DNA from: Macrostomum lignano
Taxonomy: Eukaryota
Direction of reading: 5' to 3'
Length of the DNA: 64,000 bases
Assembly (NCBI GenBank): GCA_002269645.1
Contig: NIVC01000275.1
Coordinates: 124,001-188,000, forward strand
Shown here: piece by piece, positions 50,322 to 62,484 of the stretch
Numbering within the stretch: the first letter of the stretch is position 1
Layout: each line of letters begins with the position of its first letter
The notes under the pieces: model-generated
Told to the model about the DNA's origin: nothing
The model's database searches: none
What the model saw: only the letters and a program-made list of their open reading frames with translations
Program-made: the position numbers and the translations under genes

Positions 50322-53300
50322 TCAGGGGGACCCGTCGGTCTCGCCTGCAGCGCGGTCCTCCTCACCGACGGTGGGGAAGAAATCAGCTCGTCCGGTGTCC
50401 CTGAGGTACCGGGCGAGCAGTGGGATGCTCTCGGGCCTGCAAACGTCGGAGAGAACCGGGTTTGGCCCGAGGTGAGTAAGCCTGGCCCTGGTGAAAACCG
50501 GGCAGTGGCAGATAAAATGCTCGGCGTTTTCACTGCCTGAGCGGCAGAAGGGGCACCGCTCCTCGGGTACTTGGCCCTGAAGGAAGCGGTGGCGAGAGAA
50601 GCAGCCATGCCCGGAGAGGGCCATGCTAACTGCTCTGAGGTCTCTGCGGTTGAGCCTGAGGAGGGCTCTACGCAGGAGAGGAGAGGGACAGGTGACGGCA
50701 GCACGGGATTGCCTACAATTCCGGGTGTCGTGCCACCTGCGGAGATGCTCGGAGTCAGCCCAGCGCTTAACGCGGGAATTGATCACCGAGGCGGGGATGG
50801 GGGCACCCGGGCCCGGCCCCAATAGCGCGCCGGCGGAGCCAGCCTTGGCCAGCAGGTCAGCGCGCTCGTTGCCGAGGAAGCCGGCGTGGCCCGGGATCCA
50901 TCTGAGCTCCACCTGGTTGCCTAGCGCAAGCCCGTTGAGCTGGGTGTTGCAGTCCAGGACGGACCTGGAGCTGGCGGTGCTGCGGCAGAGGGCCCGAAGG
51001 GCTGCTTGGCTGTCAGAGTGAAAAATAAATTTCCGGCCGCTAAGCTGCCTTCGGCGCAGCTCTGCCGCGCAGGAGCTGATGGCAAGCACCTCGCTCTGAA
51101 AAACACTGGAGTTGAGCCCAGTGTGCTGGGAGTAGCTCCACACCACTTCTCCCTTGAAGAAGACGCAAGCTCCGAAGCCTGAAAGACCATGCCTCATAGA
51201 GCCGTCAGTGTAACAGTGGACTTCAGAGTCGCTCCAGCTGTCACTCGCCTCGTGTCGAGGCTGAATGGTGACCTTATACCTTTGGCTCAGGAGAAGGGTG
51301 GCTGGGATCGAGTCCGTGAGGATGTTGAGCCCGCCACACTCCTCGAGAGCCTTGAGGCAGAGGTCAGAGTGCGGGATAAGCGACCGCTTCTTAAAGGCCC
51401 GCACTTTCTTGAAGGCCACCCCAGCATCCAGAAGACGCCGGGTGCTCTTCGCCGCCTCTCCTTTGATATAAATATCCAAAGGAGGGGCGCAGAGGAAGGC
51501 ATTCATGCCTTCAAAAGGAGTAGAGGGTGGAGCGCCCATAGTCATGCGGCAGGCTCTGCCCTGGATTTTGTAGAGAGCGTCGAGGTTGCTCTTGACGCTC
51601 AGGCCGCTAGCCCACACGAGGCTGGCGTAACTGATCGAGGGGCGGATGATGGCAGTGTAAATCCACCACAGCTTCCAGCTTCCAGGTGAGCCCCCAGGTG
51701 GTGCCCACGGCGCGCCTGATCTGAGCCAGTACAGCCAGGGCTTTTTTGGCTTTAGTTTGAATGTGCGGAGTCCAGTTAAGCCTGTGGTCCAGAGTGAGGC
51801 CCAGGCAGCGGACCTGCTTCTCCATGGAAATATTCTTTCCATAGAGGGTGAGGGGCTTAATGGTCCAGAGCAGTTTGTTGGTAAACATGACTGCTGTGGT
51901 TTTCGACTCTGAGAGTCTAAGGCCACATTGGTCTGCCCAACGCTCCGCTCGTCCCAGAAAGCCCTGCAGAAGGTCTCTGATGGTATCAACCGAGGGGCCC
52001 GCGCATATCGCGGTCACATCATCGGCATAGCCCACCTTGAGAATGGGGTCGTGGAGATCACTGCAAAGCAACTCATCCATGACCATGTTCCAGAGAACGG
52101 GGGTGAGAACGCCGCCCTGGGGGCCCCCTTTCAGGACAGGCACCGAAAGAGAGCTGCCGCTCAGGTGGGCCACAACAGTGCGGTTTCGGATCATGAACAT
52201 GATCCACCGGACAAGGTGAGGGTGCGTGGCCCTGGATTCCAGGGCTCTGCAAAAGGCCTCGAAGATGACGTTGTCGAAGGCCCCCTCAATGTCCAGGAAA
52301 AGCGAGAGGGCAAAGCCGCTGCCAAGAACGGCCCTCTCCAGGAAGTCAACAATGACATGGAGAGCACTCTCGGTTGACCTGCCCGCGCGGAAGGCGTGCT
52401 GGTTCTGCGAGAGTGGGAAGCGCTTCAGCTCGACCGAAAGTAGGCGCCAAAGCACCAGTCTCTCGAGGAGCTTGAGGCAGAAAGAAGTGAGGCTGATAGG
52501 CCTGAAGGCCTTCACCGATTGGTAGTCGCTCTTTCCAGGCTTGGGGATAAAGACCACCCGGGCCTCTCTCCATGCAACTGGTACATAGCCCAGCTCCATA
52601 CAAGCTCGAAGGAGACGACAGAGCAGGTCCAGGAAGCGGTGGTTTTTCACCGCCTCGTGCAAGAACGCTGGGTAGATGCCGTCGGGCCCAGGCGCCTTGA
52701 ACGGGTTAAAGGACCTTGCCGCTCTAATAATGCGGTCTTTGGTGATCATAGACTTTGCTAGGCCTTGCCCTCCCACTGTGTGGTCGGGCGGGCCCTGCTG
52801 AGTCGGAGATTTAGGGAAAAAACTGTTGAGCATGAGCTCTAGAGTCTCTTCCGAACTCTCTGTGACCGAGCCGTCAGGTCTCTTCACAACAGAGAGTTTA
52901 GAAAAACGGTCATTAGTGAGTGCCTTAACCACGCGGGCTACGGGGCGAGAGCCCTCAAGCCCTTCGCAATATTGGCGCCACTTGGCCGTCTTGGCCCTTC
53001 TGACTTGGCCCTTAAACTCGTGGATCGCACGGGTATAGGCCTCTCTGTCAGATGGGTCTTTGGTTTTGAGCGCTCGCCTTTGGAGGGTCCTGGCTCGGCG
53101 CCGAAGGGCCCCGAGCTCTGGGTTCCACCAGGGAGCAGATTTCTTGCCTTTATAGGCCTTTAGGGGGCAGGCTGCTTCAAAGGCAGTGGTGATCGCCCCG
53201 CCCAGGGAGGAGGCGAGATCGTCCACCACCTGGCAGTCAGAGAGGTCACTGGGGGGTCAAGATCCCGAAGGCCGCGGCTCAGCTTCGAGCCAAAGGCGGC

Positions 53301-54025
53301 CCAATCGGTGTTTCTGACGTTCCGACTCCAAGTGACCTTAGGCTTTTGCTTGGTCGGCCCAATGCAAAAGCGGATAAAGCGGTGGTCCGAGAGCGAGTCC
53401 TCGTCCCACACTCGCCAGCCCGTAACTGCGGAAAGCAGTCCGGGTGAGGCGATGGTGGTGTCGATGACTTCGGCCCACCGCCCATTATTGAACGTTGGTG
53501 CATTGCCCACGTTACAGAAGTTGAGGTTAGTGCTGCTGACATAGGCCAGCAGCTCCTCGCCTCTGCTATTGATGTTCTTGCTGCCCCAATGCAGGTGGTG
53601 TGCGTTCACATCCCCTGCAATGAGCAGCTCGAACCGATGGGACGCAGCATAGTCAGTAAGGTTGACTAACGCGTCGCAGACAACTGGGGCATCGCCCGGG
53701 AAATAGGCAGAAGCTACCAGCACAGGTTTATTGGGAATGAGGTTATTGATTTGAACAACACAGATGTCCCCAGTCGAGAGATCAGGTCTCATCCATGCCT
53801 CAAAAGCTTTTGCAGCAAAGACCAGAGATCTTGGGCGAGGCTGAGAGCCCGCCATGCAAAAACAGTGGTAGCCAGATGGCACATTATTTGGCTTACCTTT
53901 AGTCATCCAGGGCTCCTGTACGAAGACCAGGCCCGGAAGCTGTTGCTCTGCGTGCGCATCAGGTTGACCGACGCCGCCACGCAGTGCTGGGTGTTGATCT
54001 GCAGACACCAGGTAGTCGTTGGCAT
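50322..54025 (-). CDS. LINE ORF2: AP endonuclease, reverse transcriptase, RNase H, C-terminal CCHC; broken by frameshifts at about 53945, 53230 and 51690
   Basis: LQINTQHCVAASVNL, FVQEPW, IAGDVNAH, VIDTT, SDH; KAPGPDG, FRPISLTS, QHAFRAGRSTE, FLDIEGAFD, GGPQGGVLTP, YADD; YTDGS, SEVLAI, SDSQAA, WIPGH..GNERADLLAK; CPFC...EHFICHC. Confidence 0.93.
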
Positions 54026-55538
54026 CATTGCAGATCGGATGTTGCAGCCGCCAGGAGTTCCTCCTCCTCCTCGGCGCTCACCGGCTTCGGGTCGGGGTCG
54101 CCGGTGTCCATGGGCTCTTCTTCAGCAAAAGGCCCCGATTGGCCGGAAGGCAGTAGGCAGCGTTCGCCGCCCTTTGCCCACCATCCATGGGGTCCTCCGC
54201 CTCAGATTGGCCCAATGCCCTGGAGCAGCCAGCCGCCTGGGCAGGCGGGTCCGTCTCCAGTCGGCCCTGCCCCGAGGGGTTGGGCCCAGCTGGGACGTCC
54301 CCACCCTCCCTGGACGAACTGGTGCGCCTAGGCGTCCCGGCGACCTCTCGCCTCAGCTGGGAGATTTTGGCGGTACGGACTGCCTCAGCTGCACGCTGGT
54401 ACAGGCCGCGCCGCTTGGTGCTACGCGCCGGGCGTCGGTCGCCTCCGCCCTCAGCAGCGCGCTCAGCTTTGCCCGCGCGGCCGTGCTGCCGGGCAGGGCG
54501 GTTTGCTTTGGCAGTCTGAGCAGAGGCTTGCGCCTCGGCCCCGGCCGCCTCCGCATCCCGCCCGCCCTGCTCACTGCCACGGGGAGGGTCGGCCTCGTAG
54601 GAGCGGATGCGCAGCTTCCAAAGGCCGACGTTGATGAAGCTGCCGTGTGGATAACGCCTCATCCAGGCGTCCGACAGCCCCAGGATGGCTGTGAAGCCAG
54701 TGCCGTCGGTGCGCTTAAGGGTGTCATGCACCACTAGGCCCGCGGCGGGAAGCTCCCGGTTGACTGCTAGCAGTCCTTTCCGGAGCTCGTCAGCAGAGGT
54801 AACAACGCTCCTGGCCGGGACCCAGATTCGATGCCTCTTGGTCCGGGGGCGCTCGTCCTCTCTGCAGAAGGCTAGGTTGAGGTCCCAGCTCTGCTCGGGC
54901 AGCAGCTCAAGGAGCCGCCGACCCGAGTCAGCATGGCCAAATAAGAAGGCACGAGTCCCTCGTCGCATTCGAATGAATGTTCAGAGGCGTGCCCTTCAGA
55001 GTTTGCTTCCACAGGAGGCCATCAACGGCACTTCTCACCTGCTTCAGCTGATCGGGAGACAGGCGCGCGTCCTTTCCCAGGATGACAACCGCCGGTTGCC
55101 TCTTTGCCGCATCAGCGTAGGAGGCCCGGGGGTCAGTGGAGCTTTCTTCAGGTGGGCTGTCCACCCTCCCGGCTGCATCGGCCTCCCTATCCTGGGCAGG
55201 GGCTTCCGTGGGCTCGAGGCCCTCTTCCGCCACCGCCCCAGACTGGGAAGCTTCGCTGCCGCGGGCCGTTGGCCCCTGGCACCGGTTTGGCTTCCGCCCT
55301 CCTTGGCCCGCCTCGCCTTGTTAAGTCGACGGCGGGCAGCTCCAGAGGTGGTGCTGCGTTTCTTAGCAGCTGGAGTAGCAGGTGTCTTCTCGGAGGCACC
55401 GCTCAGAGTTGGCTCCACGGGTCTCGCCGAGGCGTCCCCGATGGTAGCAGGTGGTATGGCCGAGGAGTCCACGGCCCCAGCCGAGGCCGGAGGCACTGTG
55501 TCATCCACAGCCGGTTTGTTACTTCGGTTAGAAGCCAT
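54025..55538 (-). CDS. LINE ORF1 (nucleic-acid chaperone), reconstructed across about 3 frameshifts
   Basis: MASNRSNK start at 55538; basic RRRLNKARR; SYADAAK; RIWVP...NRELP domain; acidic end SAEEEEELL...DLQ* with TGA at 54027-54025. Confidence 0.7.
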
Positions 55539-56008
55539 TGGCTGGAAGTAAAAAGGTGGGACTTCCTGCAGAACACAGGCAAAGAGCCGCAAGGCCGCAA
55601 CCCCAAACCAAGCGGCAGGCCCCCAAAAAGCAAAATACCACCCTGCGGGGGACCCAAAAGCGCAAGGGGAACCGTTAGCGACCAGACTACTCCCTGGCCA
55701 AGCGTCCATCAGCACGGAGTTACACTGGGACATTAGAGGGTGCGTTTATGGTCACACCAGGACCCGGCGCCAACGAATCAGCTCGGCAGGGCCCAAGGGG
55801 GCCTGCCTTAACACCCACGGGACGAGTACCCTTCGAAGTGCGCCTTGCAAGGTGAAAATCAGGAGACAGAGTCTCTTGAGCTATCAGCCCGCCAGGGGAG
55901 GCAGGTGTGAGCATCGCTGGCTGGGATAAAGGCCATACCAGTCTCATACTGCACAGATAGTTCACCACGCCATTACGTGCAGGACCCGGGGTCCTGGGGG
56001 CAACACCC

Positions 56009-59000
56009 CCGGATCTTTTTCCCTGGCCAGATGGGCCTTGTACTGGTCCGCCAGCGCTGCCATCTTGCTGGGCAGCGGAGCCCAGTGAGTGGCCGACAGG
56101 GTTGGCTCGTAGGTAAAGTAGGTGCACCTGGGGAGGCGGAGTTGTAGATATCGATCCATATCTTCTGACCCAGCAGACACTGATCCAGAACAATCTTGGC
56201 CTAGTAAGATCTTGACCCATTAGATCTTGACGCAGCAGATCTTTACCCAGCAGATCTTGACCCAGCAGACACTGACCCAGTGGTCACTGACCCATTAGAT
56301 CTTGACCCAGCAGCCACTGACCCAGTAGACACTGACCCATTAGATCTTGACCCAATAGACACTGGCCCATTAGATCTTGACCCAGTAGACACTGACCCAT
56401 TAGATCTTGACCCAGTAGACACTGACCCATTAGATCTTGACCCAGTAGACACTGACCCATTAGATCTTGACCCAGTAGACACTGACCCATTAGATCTTGA
56501 CCATGTAGACACTGATCCATTAGATCTTGACCCAGTAGACACTGACCCATTAGATCTTGACCCAGTAGACACTGACCCATTAGATCTTGACCCAATAGAC
56601 ACTGACCCATTATATCTTGACCCTGTAGACACTGATCCATTAGATCTTGACCCAATAGACACTGGCCCATTAGATCTTGACCCAGCAGCCACTGACCCAG
56701 TAGACACTGACCCATTAGATCTTGACCCAATAGACACTGGCCCATTAGAGCTTGACCCAATAGACACTGACCCATTAGATCTAGACCCAGTAGACACTGA
56801 CCCATTAAACCGTGACCCAGTAGACACTGACCCATTAGATCTTGATCCAAAAGACACTGACCCAGTAGACACTGACCCATTAGATCTTGACCCAAAAGAC
56901 ACTGACCCAGTAGACACTGACCCAGTAGACACTGACCCAGTAGACACTGACCCACTAGATCTTGATTCAGTAGACACTGACTCAGTAGACGCTGACCCAG
57001 AAGACACTGACCCAGTAGACGCTGACCCAGTAGACACTGATCCAGTAGACACTGACCCAGTAGACGCTGACCCAGTAGATGCTGACCCAGTAGACACTGA
57101 CCTAGTTGATCCGGCCAATTACTGACAGGAACTCACCGAGGATGGCAATCAACGGAGAAGTTTTTCCTCAGCTGCTCAGTCTGGCTGAGCACCTTCTCCG
57201 CGCAGACCAATCGCTCAGTGAGTCGCGGCCATTTCAAGTCGATGCAGTAGGGCGCCGAAGGCCCGGCTTGCCCGGTCTCGCTCGGAGCCAGCGGCACCGG
57301 CCACAGCGAGTTCAAGCAGCCGCAGCGCTGCAGCATGTGCCGCTGGAGCTGCTGGTTGACGCACTGGTGATAGTCTGCGGCGTAGTCAGTGCCCAGGTGT
57401 CGCACCGGTGGCCGGTCGTCCCGGCAGTTGTGGCGTGGGGTGCGCAGCTTCCGCCAACCGGTGGTGCCGTAGTTCACCTCGTTCAGGCGGCCCGGCTCGG
57501 CGTTGAAGCCGCTCTGGGCCAGGTCCGGGGCCGTGCCCGCCTCGTGCAGGACTACCTGGGATGCCGGGCGAGGGACAGGGTTTTTTTCACACCGGTTACA
57601 GATGAACAGGGGTTATTCACACCGGTAACAGATGAACAGGGGTTCTTCACACCGGTTACAGATGAACAAGGGGTCACACCGGTTACAGATGAGCAGGGGT
57701 TCTTCACACCGGTTACAGATGAGCAAGGGTTCTTCACACCGGTTACAGATGAACAGGGGTTCTTCACACCGGTTACAGATGAACAGGGGTTCTTCACACC
57801 GGTTACAGATGAACAGGGGTTATTCACACCGGTTACAGATGAACAGGGGTTATTCACACCGGTTACAGATGAACAGGGGTTATTCACACCGGTTACAGAT
57901 GAACAGGGGTTCTTCATACCGGTTAGGGATGGACAGGAGCTCTTCACACCGGTCAGTGAGCCCAGGAAACACAGTATGCAGGTTCTGATCCCAGATTCCC
58001 AGATGAAATGGTCGACGCGGCGGCATTTTATTCTCAGGTCATGCTTTATTCAATATCCGAGGTTCAATGACACAACTGACACAAATCAGATTTTATCATT
58101 CTTTTTTCGACTCGACTCACGGATTTTCTTTCGCTAATTCGCGAATGCGACGGATTTCGGAGAGTCGCCCAGATTAGCAGATTCGATTACATTAAATCGA
58201 GTAAATGGATTAAGTCACTAAATCTGAGCTTCTCTTCTCTGAGCTGTTGCCTCCCTGAGTCTGATCGAACTGCTGATTCACATTGATTTCCATTATATCC
58301 AGAAACCTATGCTCCAACATTGGCAACTCCCTAGCAACCTATATTCCAAAACCGCCTTGACAACGTCCTAATAACCTAATACCAACATCTCCTTGACAAC
58401 GCCCTAACAACCTATGCTTCAACATCCTCTTGACAACGCCCTAGCAACCTTTGCTTCAACATCCCTTTGACAACGCCCTAGCAACAAGGATTCCCCACTC
58501 GAGCTCACCTTGACGCCCTCGCCTCTGCTGAGCACATCGTACACAAAGCTGTGCCTCAGCGACGGCAGCTCCTTGGCCGGAGTGAGCGAGACGACAACCA
58601 CCACCGACTCGATGCCTCGGGCCGCGCTGGCGTCCACGGTGAAGCAGTTGAAGAACTCGCTGTGCTGAAACAGCCTGACGCTGATCTTGGCGAACTCGTC
58701 ATCAGCCTGGCAGTTCTCGGCCAGCACCTGCATGCCGTCCACGCTGACCATGCAGAGGAACAGAGAGTCCATTCTGTGCCCGATGGCCACCGTGTCGCTG
58801 TGGTTGAGCTGCTGGTAGTAGGTGTTCACATTGTCGTAGGCGAACAGGCCAGCCATTTGCTCGGCGAGGCGGCCGGTGAGGGCAGCGGCGCTGATGTTTC
58901 TCAACAGCCGCTGAAACTCCGAGGGCGACAGCACCGCGCCGCTGCGCCAGGCGGCTTCGGCCGCGCCGCTGAACGGCTGATGCGAGCACAGGGTGAAGGA

Positions 59001-59225
59001 GGGAAACGCCGGCTTGTAGTCAAAAGCTGTGGTGGTGTGCCAGCCGGTGTTGAAGGCCAGGTAGTCGCTGACGAGAAAGCCGGAGGTGACCAGCAGCACC
59101 AGGGTCATGCCGATGACGAACAGAGTCCACAGGATCCGAGTGAACGGCGCCTTGGACTTCGCGATCTTCTGGACGCCTCTGATGGAGGAGCCTTCGCACA
59201 GGATGCGCAGCCTGTTGCCCGACAT
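56009..59225 (-). CDS. DEG/ENaC (amiloride-sensitive sodium channel family) subunit. Exons 59225-58509, 57555-57137, 56127-56009, continuing at 50108-49654; insertion-disrupted allele
   Basis: N-terminal SSIRG, TM1 RILWTLFVIG...LVSDYL, FPSFTLCS, FNCFT, GVK|VVLHE.GT.P...G...PG, Cys-rich YHQC...RCGC...YC...C...CHPR|C. Removing the LINE and one TSD copy gives 717+419+574 = 1710 nt, a 569-aa open frame. Confidence 0.9.
56150..57115. repeat. 15/30-bp minisatellite AGATCTTGACCCAGT-AGACACTGACCCATT, channel intron 2
   Basis: Alternating related 15-mers. Confidence 0.93.
57585..57955. repeat. 30-bp minisatellite ACACCGGTTACAGATGAACAGGGGTT(C/A)TTC, channel intron 1
   Basis: About 12 units. Confidence 0.93.
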
Positions 59226-59377
59226 CCTGGTTGGGAGCTGAGGATCTGGGAGTCTGGGGATTGTTGAACCGATTTGGAAAATTCTTTCTAACCCGGGACA
59301 CTATTATCCCCCCCCCCCTGCTGTAAAATCCAAGCCAGCTTTTACTGGTCAAGAATTTGGCCAATCACAGCGCAGCA

Positions 59378-59785
59378 GTCAGTCAGTCAGTCAGTCAGTC
59401 AGTCAGTCAGTCAATCAGTCAGTCAGTCAGTCAGTCAGTCAGTCAGTCAATCAGTCAGTCAGTCAGTCAGTCAGTCAGTCAATCAGTCAGTCAGTCAGTC
59501 AATCAGTCAGTCAATCAGTCAATCAGTCAGTCAATCAGTCAGTCAGTCAGTCAGTCAGTCAGTCAGTCAATCAGTCAGTCAGTCAGTCAGTCAGTCAGTC
59601 AGTCAGTCGGTCAGTCAGTCAGTCAGTCAGTCAGTCAGTCACCCACTCACTCAAGTCAGTCAGTCAGTCAGTCAGTCAGTCAGTCAGTCACCCACTCACT
59701 CAAGTCAGTCAGTCAGTCAGTCAGTCAGTCAGTCAGTTAGTCAGTCAGTTAGTCAGTCAGTTAGTCAGTCAGTCAGTCAGTCAGT
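59378..59785. repeat. (GTCA)n microsatellite upstream of the channel ATG
   Basis: Directly visible. Confidence 0.95.
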
Positions 59786-60285
59786 CATAAACTCACTCAT
59801 GAACTCAATAAACTCATTCATGAACTCATAAACTCATTCATGATCTCATAAACTCATTCATGAACTAGCGGAATGGGCGCCCGCGCCTTCCCGCTGTGTC
59901 CCCTCCGGGACAGCCCTGCAGCTAAGATCTCATAAACTCATTCATGAACTCATAAACTCATTCATGATCTCATAAACTCACTCATGAACTCATAAACTCA
60001 CTCATGAACTCATAAACTCACTCATGAACTCATAAACTCACTCATGAACTCATAAACTCACTCATGAACTCATAAACTCACTCATGAACTCATAAACTCA
60101 CTCATGAACTCATAAACTCACTCATGAACTCATAAACTCACTCATGAACTCATAAACTCACTCATGAACTCATAAACTCACTCATGAACTCATAAACTCA
60201 CTCATGAACTCATAAACTCACTCATGAACTCATAAACTCACTCATGAACTCATAAACTCACTCATGAACTCCTGAACTCACTCCA
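59785..60285. repeat. 20-bp minisatellite TCATAAACTCA(C/T)TCATGAAC
   Basis: About 22 units, interrupted at 59865-59926. Confidence 0.95.
59865..59926 (+). mobile_element. 62-bp retroposed fragment related to the 3' end of the LINE
   Basis: Shares CTAGCGGAATGGGCG and CCTGCAGCTAAG with the LINE 3' UTR (minus strand, about 50284-50220). Flanked by a duplicated ATCTCATAAACTCATTCATGAA (59843-59864 and 59927-59948). Confidence 0.8.
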
Positions 60286-60907
60286 GTCCAATTCAGACCG
60301 GGAAGTTTTCGATTCAAAAATGTTTGCTAGAGTTCAGAGATTTCTACAGTAAAACTGCTCCGCAAATCCAGTGCACTTGCCAGCTAAGGTTTGCAGTTCG
60401 GAATTTCAACAATCTCAGAGCAGCTAAGCAGCACAAGACGATTTGGCTTCTCAAGAAATTCCGCACCGAAGGTCTGAAGGATTAGCCAAGAGGTCTCAGA
60501 GATCCTTATTCCCGGAGTAAAATGCGTATTAGGGCTCAGAATATGGGTAATGAGTTTGAGCTGGATTTATTCAAGATTGCCAAAGGCCACTGGCTCTCTT
60601 TCCCTCCCCTTCTCCCTCTTCTCTGTCTCCCTTCAAGTGCGAGGTTAATTTTTTTCCTCACAAAGCGTTTCCTCTCCTTTCAGAGCAGGAAAATCGAAAA
60701 ATTTTGGCCCCTATAGGACTGGGATTTCTTTATCTCCCGGTAGTCAGGGAGTTGCTCTGCGACGAGCTTTGCTGAAAACTTAGCTTGACCTTCATGCGCT
60801 GCGCTTAATTGTAGTTGGGGTCTGGGAGATGGCCTCGGATGCTACGCCCGTTCATGACTCCGCATGCAGACCGACTCAAGCTCAGTGAGTGGCTCAGGCT
60901 GATTGCC

Positions 60908-61952
<1,045 letters not shown>

Positions 61953-62484
61953 ACTCTAGGGCATGTAAGCGCATCAAGTCAGGGTTAATGATGGTGAGGC
62001 GTATATTTCATATCAGAAAGTTACAGTCTGTACAAGCCAATCCGAATTCCGAAACAATAAAATACTGTTAAATTTAAGATTTTTCTCTCGCATCAAGAAT
62101 ATCAACATCGGATAGTTAAAGTATTGAAAAATATTCACATGACAAATTTATAACGCAAAGGGTTACAGAGGGAGGCTGAAGTCAGGGGCAAGCCTGGGTG
62201 ACAAAATTCGTTAGTGAAGCACTGCAGCGGCTCACAGTGCTACTCTGATTACATTTCACGTGGAATGTTGAAATCTGCGCAGTCTGTCTTTATTTTCAGC
62301 TGGCTAATTAGTGTCTGCAATTTTATGCAATCGGCGGGCGGAGCTGCCAGTCACCAGTCTGCCGGGCAGGACTGCCTAATTCGACTGCTAATCCCCACCA
62401 TAATAAAGTTTCGAACATCTTCGATACTTTACTTATTGGATTAAAATGTTCTGCTGGCCGAAAAATTCAGATGGTGAAGAGGAA

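Larger units (their letters stand above)
50205..56008 (-). mobile_element. Full-length non-LTR retrotransposon (I-group, LOA/R1-like: ORF1 + APE-RT-RNase H-CCHC), 5804 bp, 96-bp TSD
   Basis: Identical flanks 50109-50204 and 56009-56104; short (AAGTC)-type 3' tail at 50205-50225; two ORFs with all expected domains. Confidence 0.95.

Noticed and set aside
55735-56008. HDV-like ribozyme in the LINE 5' UTR (CTC-GTCCCGT-GGG, a P4-like hairpin CAGGCCC..GGGCCCTG, then CCGA)
   Set aside because: I could not find P1 or P2 pairings by eye. An RNArobo/Infernal search with the HDV descriptor would settle it.
56243-57125. (GSRSNGSVST)n and (DPLDLDPVDT)n proteins
   Set aside because: Minisatellite inside channel intron 2.
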